Notes under the pieces: model-generated
Told to the model about the DNA's origin: nothing
Database searches by the model: none
Seen by the model: only the letters and a program-made list of their open reading frames with translations
Made by a program: the position numbers and the translations under genes
In this document: in pieces, positions 28,505 to 38,545 of the stretch
Layout: the number at the start of each line of letters is the position of its first letter
How positions within the stretch are numbered: the stretch's first letter is position 1
Origin: Myxococcota bacterium
Lineage (GTDB): Bacteria > Myxococcota_A > UBA9160 > UBA6930
NCBI GenBank assembly: GCA_965223705.1
Contig: OZ245015.1
Coordinates: forward strand, 2,176,001-2,240,000
Reading direction: 5' to 3'
Length of the DNA: 64,000 nt

Positions 28505-29075
28505 GTGACGACTCCGCGCGTTACCGTCGTGATCCCGACGTACAACCGCGCGCGCTACCTGGGCGAGGCGATCGAGAGCGTTCTGGCCCAGAGCTACCGC
28601 GATCTCGAAGTCGTCGTCGCGGATGACGGCTCGGAGGACGGCACACGAGACGTCGTCGCACGCTTCGACGACCCGAGGGTCCGCTACCTGTCCCTCGCGC
28701 ATCGCGGGATCTCTGCGGCGCTGAACGAAGGACTCGCGATCGCGCGCGGTGAGCTCTTCGCTCGCGTCGACTCCGACGACGTCTGGAAGCCCGATCTGCT
28801 CGAGACATTGGTGCCGGTTCTCGCGGAGGAGCCCGTAGGCTTCGCATACGGGCAGGGTCGCGCAATGCGGGCGGACGGAACGCCGCTTGACCACCTCCTG
28901 GGTCTACCGCCTCGTTGGTCCAGCTCTGACGACCCTCGCACGCAACGCGGCGTTCATCTTCGCGCAGCAGGTCCTCCGGAGGTATCCCCTTACGGCGGCG
29001 CCGGTCGAACGCTTCGCCGCCTACCGCCGCCGCAAACGACGCCCTCGTCCCGGACACGGTCAATGGCGTCACTAG
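28505..29075 (+). pseudogene. GT2 glycosyltransferase, internally deleted/frameshifted
   Basis: VTVVIPTYNRARYLGEAIESVLAQ, DDGSED, NEGL, DSDD; loses coherence near 28910, a plausible C-terminal tail continues in another frame to 29075. Confidence 0.7.
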
Positions 29076-29141
29076 CACCGTACGGCGGTGTATCGTCGAG
29101 ATCACCGGCTTCCGGGTGCGTCTGCTCCCGAGAGAACCGGA

Positions 29142-30478
29142 TTACTTGCCCGACTTGAGGCGCGTCGCGTCGAAGTACCGCAGCGTCTCGTCGGGCCCGC
29201 TGGTCTCGATGTGCGCGGTCCACATCTGTGTCAGGTTGGTCGTTCCTTCGGCGAAATTCACGACCATGAACGCGATCGGGAGGAGCACTCTGTGCCCCGC
29301 GTTTCCGGGTACGTCGCTCGTTTCGCTCCAGTCGAGCTGAAACCAGCCAATCCGGTTCGGCTCTCCGGTGCGGTCGTACGCCAGGAAGACCAGCGGGGCG
29401 TACGTCTCTTTGTCGTACCAGAGCACCTTTTTCGAGTAGCGGTGGTTCTTGTTGCGGGGGACCTGTTCCAGACGCAGAACCGTGCGCTTCTGCCAACGTT
29501 CGTCGACGAGCGGTAGGGTCCCGTAGGGGCCGAAGCGGCAGGCTTCGAAATGATCTCGCGTGCCGGGGACAGCGACCGCTCGATCCCGCCAGCCCGGCAC
29601 GTTCTTCGGGAAGCAGACGCGCTCGGAATCGAGGGCTGCGAGCATGGGCCGCTCCGCACCCGCTACCCACTCCTGATCCCAGATGTAGCCCGAGAAGAGC
29701 AAGAAATCTTCGTAGGTCATCTCCGAACCCAACACGCTGTCCGATTTCTGGTTGGTGGAGAGCCGGCGCGGCCGACGTTGCTGCGGCACATAGGCCCAGG
29801 CATCGTCACGGCGTTCGTGGGAGTTGTTGTAGCGGAAGATCAGCGAGCGTTGGCCGCGCACATCAAACGGCGTGAGGGTATCGGTGAACTCGGCCCACAA
29901 GACGTCGGTGTCGGGGGCGATCCGCGTCGAGTCCGGCAGCAAGTCGGCGCGGTGGCTGAAGTAGGTCCGGCGATAGATTCCCTGGGCCAACTTCCACGTA
30001 TCCTGACCATCGCTGCGTGCGAAGCTCTGCCCCCAGTGCTGGACGAGTCCCCCGCCGCCGAACCAGCGCCGGTTCACGTTCCAGGCGAGCTTCAACGCAA
30101 ATTGAGGGTCCTCGCGTGTGAGGTCGCAGGCGTGTCCTGTGGCCTCCTGACTCCAGGCGGAGTAGGGAAAGGGCTCTCCCGCGACATGGCCTACGAGCTG
30201 ACCGTTCTCGTCGAGTGAGGCCTGACACGCATAGCGAGCGGTTGCTTCCACGAACTTCTCGTGGGGTCGATAGTCCTCGGTGGGCACGATCTCGAGATGC
30301 GCTCCACGAACGGTTCGACGACGAGGTCCCAGAGTTCGTCCGGAAAAAGACCGCGAACGGTCCCGCGGTTTGCGTGGGAAACGATCTCCCCTGGCCTCGG
30401 TTCGGTGCGCGCGATGTGTGCGGCGAGCAGAACGAGCGAGACGAGCGCCCACCCGAAGGTAAAGATTCGCAGGGTCAT
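29142..30478 (-). pseudogene. DUF1329-like secreted protein with frameshift near 30300
   Basis: Signal peptide/N-terminus in ORF 30191-30478; body (GEPFP, DDAWAYVPQQRRPRRLS, HRYSKKVLWYDKET) in ORF 29142-30590. Confidence 0.75.
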
Positions 30479-30654
30479 CCGATGACGGTAGGGTGGCTGC
30501 GAGAAGAGCGCGAGAAGACGCCCTTCCGCCCCGTCTGCGGCTACCCGCGCGAAGTGGGCGGGCCGCCGCGCAACGATCTACCGAAGCCATGACGTGCTTC
30601 CTCTTCGGGAGCTCACCTGCTGATGGACGCGCCGCCGCGGTGCGGTCGGCAGAG

Positions 30655-31098
30655 TTAATCGAAGTCGATCAATTCCAGGACGGTCCCGTCCGGATCGCGA
30701 AAACAGCACCAGCGCGCTCCTTCCATGGCCACGGGATCGGAGATGAACTCGATCCCCAGAGCCTTCAGGCGCTCGTATTCGGCGTCGATATCTTTCGTCC
30801 ACAGGGCGATCCGCACGGCGCCCACGTGAGCGAGATCCGCGGGCGTCTCGCCGTGAGTCTTCGGCTTCTTCCATTCGATCAAGTCGATACGTGCACCGCG
30901 GGCATGCTGGGGATCGAGCATCATGATCGCAGCCTGTGCCTTGATTCCCTCCGGCAGGCCCAAACCGCGTGCCATCTCTGCCGACCCCCCTTCGGGTATC
31001 GCCAGGACCACGGAGAAGCCCAAGCTCTCGTAAAACGCTTGAGAGCGAGCGAGGCTTCGGCAGTTCACGTTGATATGAAAGATCCCCTTGATCGCCAT
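30655..31098 (-). CDS. VOC/glyoxalase family protein
   Basis: FHININCRSL-like start (FHINVNCRSL), FYESLGF, FRDPDGTVLELI; GAGG RBS. Confidence 0.88.
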   Translation of the reverse strand: MAIKGIFHINVNCRSLARSQAFYESLGFSVVLAIPEGGSAEMARGLGLPEGIKAQAAIMMLDPQHARGARIDLIEWKKPKTHGETPADLAHVGAVRIALWTKDIDAEYERLKALGIEFISDPVAMEGARWCCFRDPDGTVLELIDFD

Positions 31099-31149
31099 AC
31101 GAGAATTTCCTCTCCTAAGGTTCGGCCCCTACTGAAGCTCCGGGTAGCG

Positions 31150-31360
31150 CGGCTCCCAGTCCGGCAACGCCCAGCAGAGCATTGGCTCCCTGCAAATCAT
31201 CGCCCATGTTGCTGTGGGGTAGGAAAGCGAAGGTAGGAAAGCGAAAGGCGGCCCGGGTACATGACATCTCCGGAAAACGAATAGCCCCGCTCCGCGTCCA
31301 GCAGCGAGACCGAGTCGTCCGTGTGGCCCGGTGAAAAAGATCACCCGCAAGCACGGCTCC
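31150..31360 (-). pseudogene. Degraded MBL-fold metallo-hydrolase remnant
   Basis: Minus-strand pieces LRVIF / GHTDDSVSLLDAERGYSFSGDVMYPG / FAFLPHSNMGDDLQGANALL in shifting frames; 14-bp tandem duplication at 31218-31245. Confidence 0.45.
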
Positions 31361-31541
31361 TCGACAGGGGAAACGTCGTGGTGACGCGGGAACGAGCGCG
31401 AGTAGGCGTTCCTCCCCGCTTCTCCCGACCGACTCCCCGACCCGGCGGCGTTTCCGCCAGGCGACGCGCGAGATCTCAAGGTTGGCAAGTCCATCCAGAG
31501 CTGTGACCTTCGGGACGTGATGTCTGCGGAGGACGGTGCCG

Positions 31542-32063
31542 ATGCCTGACAACGAAGCACCTCTGAGCTGGTTGTCTCCCAAGACGACCATCCGTTCGAG
31601 CACCATTCAGGGAAAAGGGCTGTTCGCGACTTCGCCGATCAGCACGGGTGAGATCGTCTGTATCAAGGGCGGCTATATCTTGACCAAGAAAAGCTGGGAT
31701 GCGCTGGAGCCGAGGCTGGGCTCGTGCGAGATCCAGGTCGGCTCCGATTTCTTCATCGCGCCAACGAGCCAGGCGCAACGCGAAGGCAGCATGATCTACA
31801 GCAATCACTCCTGCGAGCCGAACATCGCGCCGCAGGGGCAGATCGTCTTCGTGGCGATACGCGACGTCGCGGCTGGTGAGGAACTCTGCCACGACTGGGC
31901 GACGACGGACGACTTGGACTACGAGATGTCGTGCAACTGCGGCGCCGCCGAGTGCCGCGGCACCATCACCGGACAGGATTGGCGATTGCCAGACCTGCAG
32001 AGGAAGTACGCCGGTTGCTTCGCCTGGCACGTGCAAAGGCGGATTGACGCTGAATCCGATTGA
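31542..32063 (+). CDS. SET domain protein-lysine methyltransferase
   Basis: GKGLFA, NHSCEPN, AIRDVAAGEELCHD, post-SET CNCGAAECRG. Confidence 0.92.
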   Translation: MPDNEAPLSWLSPKTTIRSSTIQGKGLFATSPISTGEIVCIKGGYILTKKSWDALEPRLGSCEIQVGSDFFIAPTSQAQREGSMIYSNHSCEPNIAPQGQIVFVAIRDVAAGEELCHDWATTDDLDYEMSCNCGAAECRGTITGQDWRLPDLQRKYAGCFAWHVQRRIDAESD

Positions 32064-32217
32064 CACCCGGCCCCGAGATGCGATCCTCCCCGGCGAGATG
32101 ACCAGTCACACCCCGATCGCAGCCCCGCGCACCGCGAAATCCAACGCTGCTCGAGAACGCGCGCAGGACCTGCGCGCGAACCACCCTGTGTAAGACCTGG
32201 AAGTCTCCGTTCTTTAG

Positions 32218-32255
32218 AACGCCCTTCCGGGAGTCGGGAGGGCGTTTCGATTTTT
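32218..32255 (+). terminator. Terminator-like hairpin between SET and MATE genes
   Basis: aacgccc-ttccg...cggga-gggcgtt followed by T-rich tail. Confidence 0.55.
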
Positions 32256-32302
32256 AGGTGATATCCGATAAACGCCCGTCGGCTTCCCCAAGGAGCCGCG
32301 GT

Positions 32303-33649
32303 ATGAACATTCGAAACGAACTGCGAGCGATCGGCGTGCTGGCAGGGCCGGCCGTTGCGATGCAGCTCGGCGACATGACACTCGGCGTGGTCGACACGCT
32401 GATGGTCGCCCGGGTCAGCACCGAGGCGCTGGCTGCGGCGACCCTCGCTAACGTCTACGAAGCCCTGGCGCTGTTCTCGGTGGCGGGGATTCTGCTGGGC
32501 ATCGATCCGCTGGTCAGCCAGGCTCACGGCGCTGGTGTGGGCCGGCGAGCCGGCCTGGCGCTGCAGCACGCGCTGGTCCTCGGAGCGCTCCTGACGCTGC
32601 CCGTCGTCGCGCTGTTCCGCGGTGCCGAGGCGGTGTTCCTAACCCTCGGCCAGCGCGCTGACTTGGCCCTGGCTTCAAGCCAATACCTGTGGGTGCAGGC
32701 GCCGAGCATCCCGTTCTTCTTCGGTTTTGTCGCGCTGCGCCACTACCTGATGGGGCGAGAGATCCTGGCGCCGACGCTCTCGGTGATCCTGGTGGCCAAC
32801 CTCGTGAACATCCTGGCCAACTGGGTCTTGATCTTCGGCCACTGGGGGGCGCCGGCCCTCGGCCTGGTCGGCGCGGGGCTCTCGACCTCGTTGGTTCGCG
32901 TGGCACTGTTCGCGGGCCTGGCGTCGTGGATTCTGCTGGCGGGGCTTCACCGTGCCGCGTGGCCACGCTTCGGGCGCCAAGCCTTTCGCGGCCGGCGGCT
33001 CGCGCGGGTGATGCGGCTTGGGCTACCGATTGCGGTCCAGTTCACCCTGGAGATCGGTGCCTTCGCCGTGGCGACCCTGATCGCCGGGTGGCTCGGCGTG
33101 GTCCCCCTCGCCGCTCACGCACTGGCGCTCAACATGGCGTCCGTGACGTTCATGATCTCCCTCGGTATCTCCCTCGCCGCTGCGACGCGGGTCGGAAACC
33201 TGATTGGGGCGCGTCGCGGTTGTCTGGTGCCGCGCAGCGCCGGGCTCGCGATGGCTGTGGGCGGCGGTGCGATGTCGGTCGCGGGTGTCGCGTTCGCGCT
33301 GTTTCCGCGGTCTTTGGCTGGCCTCTACACCGACGACGCGTCCGTCGTGGCTGTGTGCGCCCAGCTGCTGCCGATCGCTGGTGCCTTTCAGATCTTCGAC
33401 GGGGTCCAGACCGTCGCCGGCGGGGTACTTCGGGGGCTGGGGAAAACGCGCCCGGCGGCTTGGGCCAATTTCATCGCCTACTGGTTGATCGGCTTGCCGG
33501 TGGGGTACTTCCTCGCGCTTCACACCACCGCCGGTATTCGCGGGTTGTGGTGGTCTCTGGCAGCGGGGCTCGCAATCGTCGCCGGCGTACTGGCGACCCG
33601 GGCCTTTCGAGAGGGAAGACGCGCAGCGCAGAGCCAGTCGCGGTGTTGA
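32303..33649 (+). CDS. MATE family efflux transporter (NorM-like)
   Basis: AAGGAG RBS; VDTLMVAR, LIFGHWGAPALGLVGAG, LGLPI, RVGN, FQIFDGVQ, GVLRG. Confidence 0.92.
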   Translation: MNIRNELRAIGVLAGPAVAMQLGDMTLGVVDTLMVARVSTEALAAATLANVYEALALFSVAGILLGIDPLVSQAHGAGVGRRAGLALQHALVLGALLTLPVVALFRGAEAVFLTLGQRADLALASSQYLWVQAPSIPFFFGFVALRHYLMGREILAPTLSVILVANLVNILANWVLIFGHWGAPALGLVGAGLSTSLVRVALFAGLASWILLAGLHRAAWPRFGRQAFRGRRLARVMRLGLPIAVQFTLEIGAFAVATLIAGWLGVVPLAAHALALNMASVTFMISLGISLAAATRVGNLIGARRGCLVPRSAGLAMAVGGGAMSVAGVAFALFPRSLAGLYTDDASVVAVCAQLLPIAGAFQIFDGVQTVAGGVLRGLGKTRPAAWANFIAYWLIGLPVGYFLALHTTAGIRGLWWSLAAGLAIVAGVLATRAFREGRRAAQSQSRC

Positions 33650-33996
33650 TTCATCGCGAGCGACGCTGGGGTTTGCGGTACACCAGCCGCGACTCCTAGA
33701 GCGGGACCGGGCCCCGTTACGAGGGAACCGGTCCCGCGGCCGTCCAAGCCAGGGCAGCGAGGTGGGACGAGGGGTAGAACCCTTGAGCGCATTCGGGACA
33801 GGGTTTCGGGGCACGGCATCATTGGAAGAAGCGAGGACCTAGGCGAACCGTTCTAGGAACTCGGAGGGTTCGCCGACGGGAAGAGTCAACCGCCGTTGTC
33901 ATGTCATGCGGCCAACCTAGCTTTGCGAGGGTGGGACCCTCAGCTTGCCATCAGCAAAACGCATCTAGCGGACGGGCATTGCGCGTAGAGAGAAGC

Positions 33997-34170
33997 ATGT
34001 GGCGGCTGACGGTTTCGATTCTGGTGGCGGTGCTCTTCGCGGACGGCGCCAGCGCTTGCACTTGCAGCCCTGTGCCGCTCACACGGCTCGAAGCGTATGA
34101 CCTCGTTTTTCTAGGTCGGGTCGTAGGCCAGGAGACAATTGAGAACCCACGTCGGCCCGACCGGGCTTAG
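33997..34170 (+). pseudogene. Truncated secreted protein with TIMP/NTR-like N-terminus
   Basis: Signal peptide then A|CTCSP...DLVFLGRVV; stops after 57 aa. Confidence 0.4.
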
Positions 34171-34186
34171 CCACTCATCTCACAAC

Positions 34187-34543
34187 TTAAGCGGCCAGGG
34201 AAATGGCGTGGCGCCTGCTCAGCCCGCGTAGTGCGGCATCGAATCGGCGAAGCCCGAGTTGGATCCGCCGCAAGCGCTCGATCGCTCTCATCCATGGTGC
34301 CGAGCCGGTACTGCGAGAAGTGATTCTCAAAGAGACGAAGATGGGCCACCAGATGGCTGCGAAGGCCCAAGCGGTCGCGCGCGAATTCAAGTAGTGAATC
34401 TGGCTGTCAGCGATCGACTGACGGATCTCCGCGCGCGTCGCCGCGGTCGCTTGGCGAATTTGGGTTGCGAGATAGGCCAGTGTCGCGACGGTTGCGACGC
34501 CTCCGATCAACTCTGCGACCGCACCGACCGCGTCCCAGTTCAC
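34187..34543 (-). pseudogene. Membrane protein (NWDAVGAVAELIGGVATVATLAYLATQIRQ type), probably disrupted
   Basis: GGAG RBS + GTG; coherent N-terminal TM/coiled segment, composition changes after NSRAT (~34370). Confidence 0.45.
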
Positions 34544-34717
34544 GCTTGCTCCACCGACCCACGACCGACTAGCCGACATCGCCGAAAAACGGGAACGTCG
34601 GGGACGAACCTCTACGGGCATACCCATCGGGGTGCGCATTCTAGCCCGCCGAACCTTCCTCGGGTTCTACAACCGACGCCAGCGCGGCCCACCTAAAAAT
34701 TGTGAGGAGTTGAAGCA

Positions 34718-35158
34718 ATGACCGACGATCCCGCTCGCGTTGTCGACCAAGGGTGGATGGCGGCGAAGCTGTCCGAGGAACCGGACGCTCTCGCTCCTGA
34801 CGGATCTGAAGTCCGTGTCCTCACGCGCGTTTCCCGGGGCAGCATGGCTCATTTTCGCTTGCGAGCGGGAATGACGTCCAAAGCGGTCGCACATCGGTCC
34901 ATTGAAGAACTTTGGTACTTCGTCGGAGGAGAGGGAGAAATGTGGCTCAAGCTAGGTGCGACCCAGGAGAAGGTTGTCGCCGTTGCTCGGGGGGTATCGA
35001 TCGCGATTCCGGTGGGTGCCCACTTTCAATTCCGCGCGTGCGGCGACAGCTCCCTGGAAGCGGTAGGCGTGTCTATGCCCCCGTGGCCTGGTGACGAAGA
35101 GGCCTACGAAGTCCCGGGCCGTTGGTCTCCGTCTTTGGCTTCGGACTCAATCCCCTAG
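34718..35158 (+). CDS. Cupin domain protein
   Basis: [51 protein letters not shown]. Confidence 0.85.
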   Translation: MTDDPARVVDQGWMAAKLSEEPDALAPDGSEVRVLTRVSRGSMAHFRLRAGMTSKAVAHRSIEELWYFVGGEGEMWLKLGATQEKVVAVARGVSIAIPVGAHFQFRACGDSSLEAVGVSMPPWPGDEEAYEVPGRWSPSLASDSIP

Positions 35159-35946
35159 GGCTTTACGCGCATGCAGACCGCGTAGGGAGTGAAAAGTCTG
35201 GTGCTGGAGAAGGTGTTGAACATCATGACTTCCCAGCTTCGGCTGTCGACCGGGTAGTTCCTTCGCGTTCTGAGAAAGTTGGTCGGGGACGACATGCCTC
35301 CTCCGGTTACGAGCCATCCTGGGGGGCAAACCGCCCGTCCAATGTTGGCCGCCCCCGCTGCGACGGAGACCGGAGCTCCCGGAACGCGCAGGGTTTCGAT
35401 CTCCGCCCCGCCGGGCGGTCCCTGTGGACCTGGCGGACCTTCGGGGCCGGGCGGGCCCTGGGCACCCGGTGCCCCGTCGGCACCGGCAGGACCCGTCGCG
35501 CCGGGCGGACCTGGCGGACCGACCGGGCCTTGCGGTCCCGGCTGCCCATCGATCCCAGGTGGGCCCTGGGGCCCAGGAGCGCCGTCGATGCCCGGAGGCC
35601 CCTGCTCCCCCTGCGGCCCTACCGCTCCGATGGTGAGGGCGTAGGTGTCTGTTCGAGGAGTGCCTCCGCCCGTCGTTACTTCCAGGAGGTAGTCACCGTC
35701 CGGGAACCCTTCGGGCAGCCCCACGGTGATTTCGTTGGGCGTGTCGCCGGTTACCACGAGCGGTACGCCGCCGAGCGTCACATCAAGGGAGTTCCCGTTG
35801 TCGAAGTTGTTTCCGCCGATCACGATTTGAGCGTTCTCGACGTCGACGAACACATCGATGATTTCGAGGGGTTGGACCGCCCGCGCCGAACCCGCGATCC
35901 AAAGCAACGAGAAAACAGTGACAAGAGATCGAGCTCGCAAGCGCAT
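35155..35946 (-). CDS. Secreted collagen-like protein
   Basis: Signal peptide, IPT/TIG-like N-domain, ~25 Gly-X-Y triplets, C-terminal domain with AVCP..W..TGGG and AVC. Confidence 0.88.
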   Translation of the reverse strand: MRLRARSLVTVFSLLWIAGSARAVQPLEIIDVFVDVENAQIVIGGNNFDNGNSLDVTLGGVPLVVTGDTPNEITVGLPEGFPDGDYLLEVTTGGGTPRTDTYALTIGAVGPQGEQGPPGIDGAPGPQGPPGIDGQPGPQGPVGPPGPPGATGPAGADGAPGAQGPPGPEGPPGPQGPPGGAEIETLRVPGAPVSVAAGAANIGRAVCPPGWLVTGGGMSSPTNFLRTRRNYPVDSRSWEVMMFNTFSSTRLFTPYAVCMRVKP

Positions 35947-36087
35947 CGGGGTTTCTCCTAGAGGGCATCTGCCCAGCATTTCAATGTGGCTTCGACGAAA
36001 CCATAGGTGACCGCTTTTTCAGCGCTCGTCCGAGCGGCAAATGCGAACATCAAGCTCCACAAAGCTTCAGCCTGGGGCGGTTGAAAA

Positions 36088-37710
36088 ATGCCCGGCGCGG
36101 CTGGCAACCTATCCGCGATGGTTCCCCACGCCGATGCCCCGTCGACAGAACCGCGCCGCACCGCCAGCGGCTTCGGCTATTGGGTCCCGGTTCTCGGCGT
36201 GCTCGGTGTGTCGGCGCTTCTAGTGTTCGCTGCACTGGCCCTGGATCTCAATGGCCGGAAGCTCTCGGACCTGCATCCGGACAGCGCGCTGGATCGTGTT
36301 TCTACGGCTGCCGAAGTGGTGGCAGGGCTGCTCGCGATCGTCATCACCGTCGTGGCGATCGTCGTGGAGCTCGCCGCAAATCGGTACACGCATCGCATCA
36401 CACAACTCTTTGTACGTGAGCCGGTCCACGGGCTGGTGATCGGCTTTTTCGTCGCCACGACGGTCGTGTGTCTGTGGATCTCGGCGGCCCCCTACGCCGA
36501 CGGGCAGAGTCCACGCGCCGCCCTGACCGTCCCCATGCTGATGATCACCACATGCCTTGTTGCACTGCTCCCCTATTTCGCGTTCCTGTTTCGGTTTCTC
36601 GCGCCGCACAACATCATTCGGAAAATTCAGAGGACGGCCTTCGCGTCGGTTGGAGTCGGCGCAGGGAACCGCGACGATGTCGTGGAAGCGATCGCTGAAC
36701 TCGAGGACATCGTCCGCCGCGCGCGACAGCAACGCGATCGGCGGATCGCCATGTCCGCAATCGATGCGCTCGCCGGCTTGATCGACGAATCGATGCGCGT
36801 CCGCGACCAGCTGCCGGCTGACTGGTTCGATATCACGGGAGAGTTGGCCCGCGATCCGGATTTCGTCGCACTCTCGAGAAAGAGCCTCCGGCTCGCCGAA
36901 CAGCAGCGGTTGTGGGTCGAGAACAAGGTCCTGCGTCAGTACGCTTCGCTCCTCGAAGAGAGCCTTGGACCCGATCGAGACCTCGGGAATCTGATCGCGA
37001 TCCATACGCGTCGACTCGCTGACCGCTATGGGCCCGTGGCTCCGGGGTTTCGCGATCTCTCGGCGCGCGCTTTCAACACTTATCTCCGATTCGCCATCCG
37101 TGGCGGCGATCAACGCTTGGCGTACTACGTGCTCCACCAGTACCGAGAGCTGGCGGAATCGGAATTGCGGAGAGGCGAAGCGCAGCACGCTGTAGAGACT
37201 GCGCAATACCTCCGTAGCTATGGCCACTTCGCGTTTGAGACGGGCCAGGAGTTCCTCCTCGAAGTTGTGGCCATGGATCTCAGCGGGCTGGTCGAGTGTG
37301 CTGTTGACCACGCCCCGACCGAGGTTGACCGCCTTCTCGAAGTGTTTCTCGAAGTCGACCGCGAAAGTCGGTCGGACGAGCAGGAGATCCGACTCCGCGG
37401 CGTCCGGCGGGCACAGGTCCAGCTCGCCGTGTTCTTCCTGGAGCGCGGCGACGAGGATCGAGCGCGTCGAATCTTCGCCGATATGAGAGAAGAGACGACC
37501 GAGCGCCTTCGCGCGGTGCGTGAGGAGCTCGAAGCGGAGCAACCCGAACACTACTGGGAGCTCACCGACCGGGGGATCAACTTCGCCTATCTGAGCCCCG
37601 AGCGGCGGGCCCATCTCGTGACTTTCTTCAGTTGGTTCGACGACGAAGGTCGGGTTGCCGTCGGCGCCCACCGAGGCCGAGACCGAGCAGCGAAAGAGCT
37701 ACCAGGGTGA
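36088..37710 (+). CDS. DUF2254-like membrane protein (start may be 36118)
   Basis: Four N-terminal TM helices, IVVELAANRYTHRI..LF, large helical C-domain. Confidence 0.65.
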   Translation: MPGAAGNLSAMVPHADAPSTEPRRTASGFGYWVPVLGVLGVSALLVFAALALDLNGRKLSDLHPDSALDRVSTAAEVVAGLLAIVITVVAIVVELAANRYTHRITQLFVREPVHGLVIGFFVATTVVCLWISAAPYADGQSPRAALTVPMLMITTCLVALLPYFAFLFRFLAPHNIIRKIQRTAFASVGVGAGNRDDVVEAIAELEDIVRRARQQRDRRIAMSAIDALAGLIDESMRVRDQLPADWFDITGELARDPDFVALSRKSLRLAEQQRLWVENKVLRQYASLLEESLGPDRDLGNLIAIHTRRLADRYGPVAPGFRDLSARAFNTYLRFAIRGGDQRLAYYVLHQYRELAESELRRGEAQHAVETAQYLRSYGHFAFETGQEFLLEVVAMDLSGLVECAVDHAPTEVDRLLEVFLEVDRESRSDEQEIRLRGVRRAQVQLAVFFLERGDEDRARRIFADMREETTERLRAVREELEAEQPEHYWELTDRGINFAYLSPERRAHLVTFFSWFDDEGRVAVGAHRGRDRAAKELPG

Positions 37711-38296
37711 AGGTCGAAGGCTCGGGGGTCGAGGCTACTTCGTAATAGATCTTGGAACCCGTGACGACGAACTCGCCATAGGGAGTTGTGTCCCACGCGC
37801 TGTACAACCCCAGACCTTTGAGAATCTCGAGATCCGCGTTCGCGGCGGATACGTCTCCGCGAATACCCACGTTCGGGGCGATCGAGAGCCGGCCCTGCAA
37901 GTAAAAGGAGAACCGCTCCCCAGCCGAGAGTGCGATGTGGGGGATGTTCACGCGGGAGTACCACATCCCGTTGCCCCACTCGTATGAGCTGAAGGTCATA
38001 AGCTGCGTCGTTAGCAGCGTCCACGAACCGGGCGACTCTTCAAACCCAACGTGGGTTCCCGCTTTCGCGAAAATGGAGATGTCGTCGTTGAGTCCACCCA
38101 GCGCAAAGCCGGTGATCGTCAGGTCGTTGAGGGCGACGACGTCAAACATGTGCCCGCCCGGAACCCCGATTCCGGAGGCCGCCCCAGCGGTCTCGAGGGA
38201 CCGAGTGATCGGAACCGAATGGGCCGCCTCGGGGCTGGAAAACCCGGTCGCCAGAATCGCAAAGACGAGTCCAGATAGAAGCCATCGATAGAGCAC
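37628..38296 (-). CDS. PEP-CTERM sorting domain protein (TPEP variant)
   Basis: GGAAGGAG RBS + GTG; signal peptide; TPEPSTFTLVALSLLGLGLGGRRR; overlaps the 3' end of the convergent gene by 83 bp. Confidence 0.8.
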   Translation of the reverse strand: MLYRWLLSGLVFAILATGFSSPEAAHSVPITRSLETAGAASGIGVPGGHMFDVVALNDLTITGFALGGLNDDISIFAKAGTHVGFEESPGSWTLLTTQLMTFSSYEWGNGMWYSRVNIPHIALSAGERFSFYLQGRLSIAPNVGIRGDVSAANADLEILKGLGLYSAWDTTPYGEFVVTGSKIYYEVASTPEPSTFTLVALSLLGLGLGGRRRQPDLRRRTN

Positions 38297-38332
38297 TGCG
38301 CGATCTCCTTCCCAAAGAGAGGCCACAGAAGG

Positions 38333-38349
38333 CGCAATCCGCGTGCCAA
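38333..38349 (-). promoter_or_regulatory. Sigma54 (-24/-12) promoter
   Basis: Minus strand TTGGCACGCGGATTGCG, near-perfect TGGCACG-N4-TTGC. Confidence 0.8.
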
Positions 38350-38545
38350 ACGGGTCGTGCAGCCGGCGAAGGCGTTGGCGGACAGTACGGAAGGGGGACG
38401 AGTTGCGTGCGCTCTTCCGGCTGCTTGAGCGGGCGAACTACCGGCAGCATGGGAGAAGGGTTCGCCACTGTGGGCCAACTCGAGATCCCCCGCGTAGTGA
38501 GTACCCCGGGGCCGGGTTTGGTGACACCCGCCCCGACGGGCTGGG

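Noticed and set aside
33900..34260. Integron attC sites in the fragment-rich region
   Set aside because: No convincing RYYYAAC...GTTRRRY pair with an internal palindrome found by eye
34203..34394. 63-aa plus-strand ORF as a real gene
   Set aside because: No recognisable motif, and it overlaps the minus-strand fragment; may be a gene tail but cannot be supported
35405..35630. DNA tandem repeat or mobile repeat
   Set aside because: Explained by collagen Gly-X-Y codons
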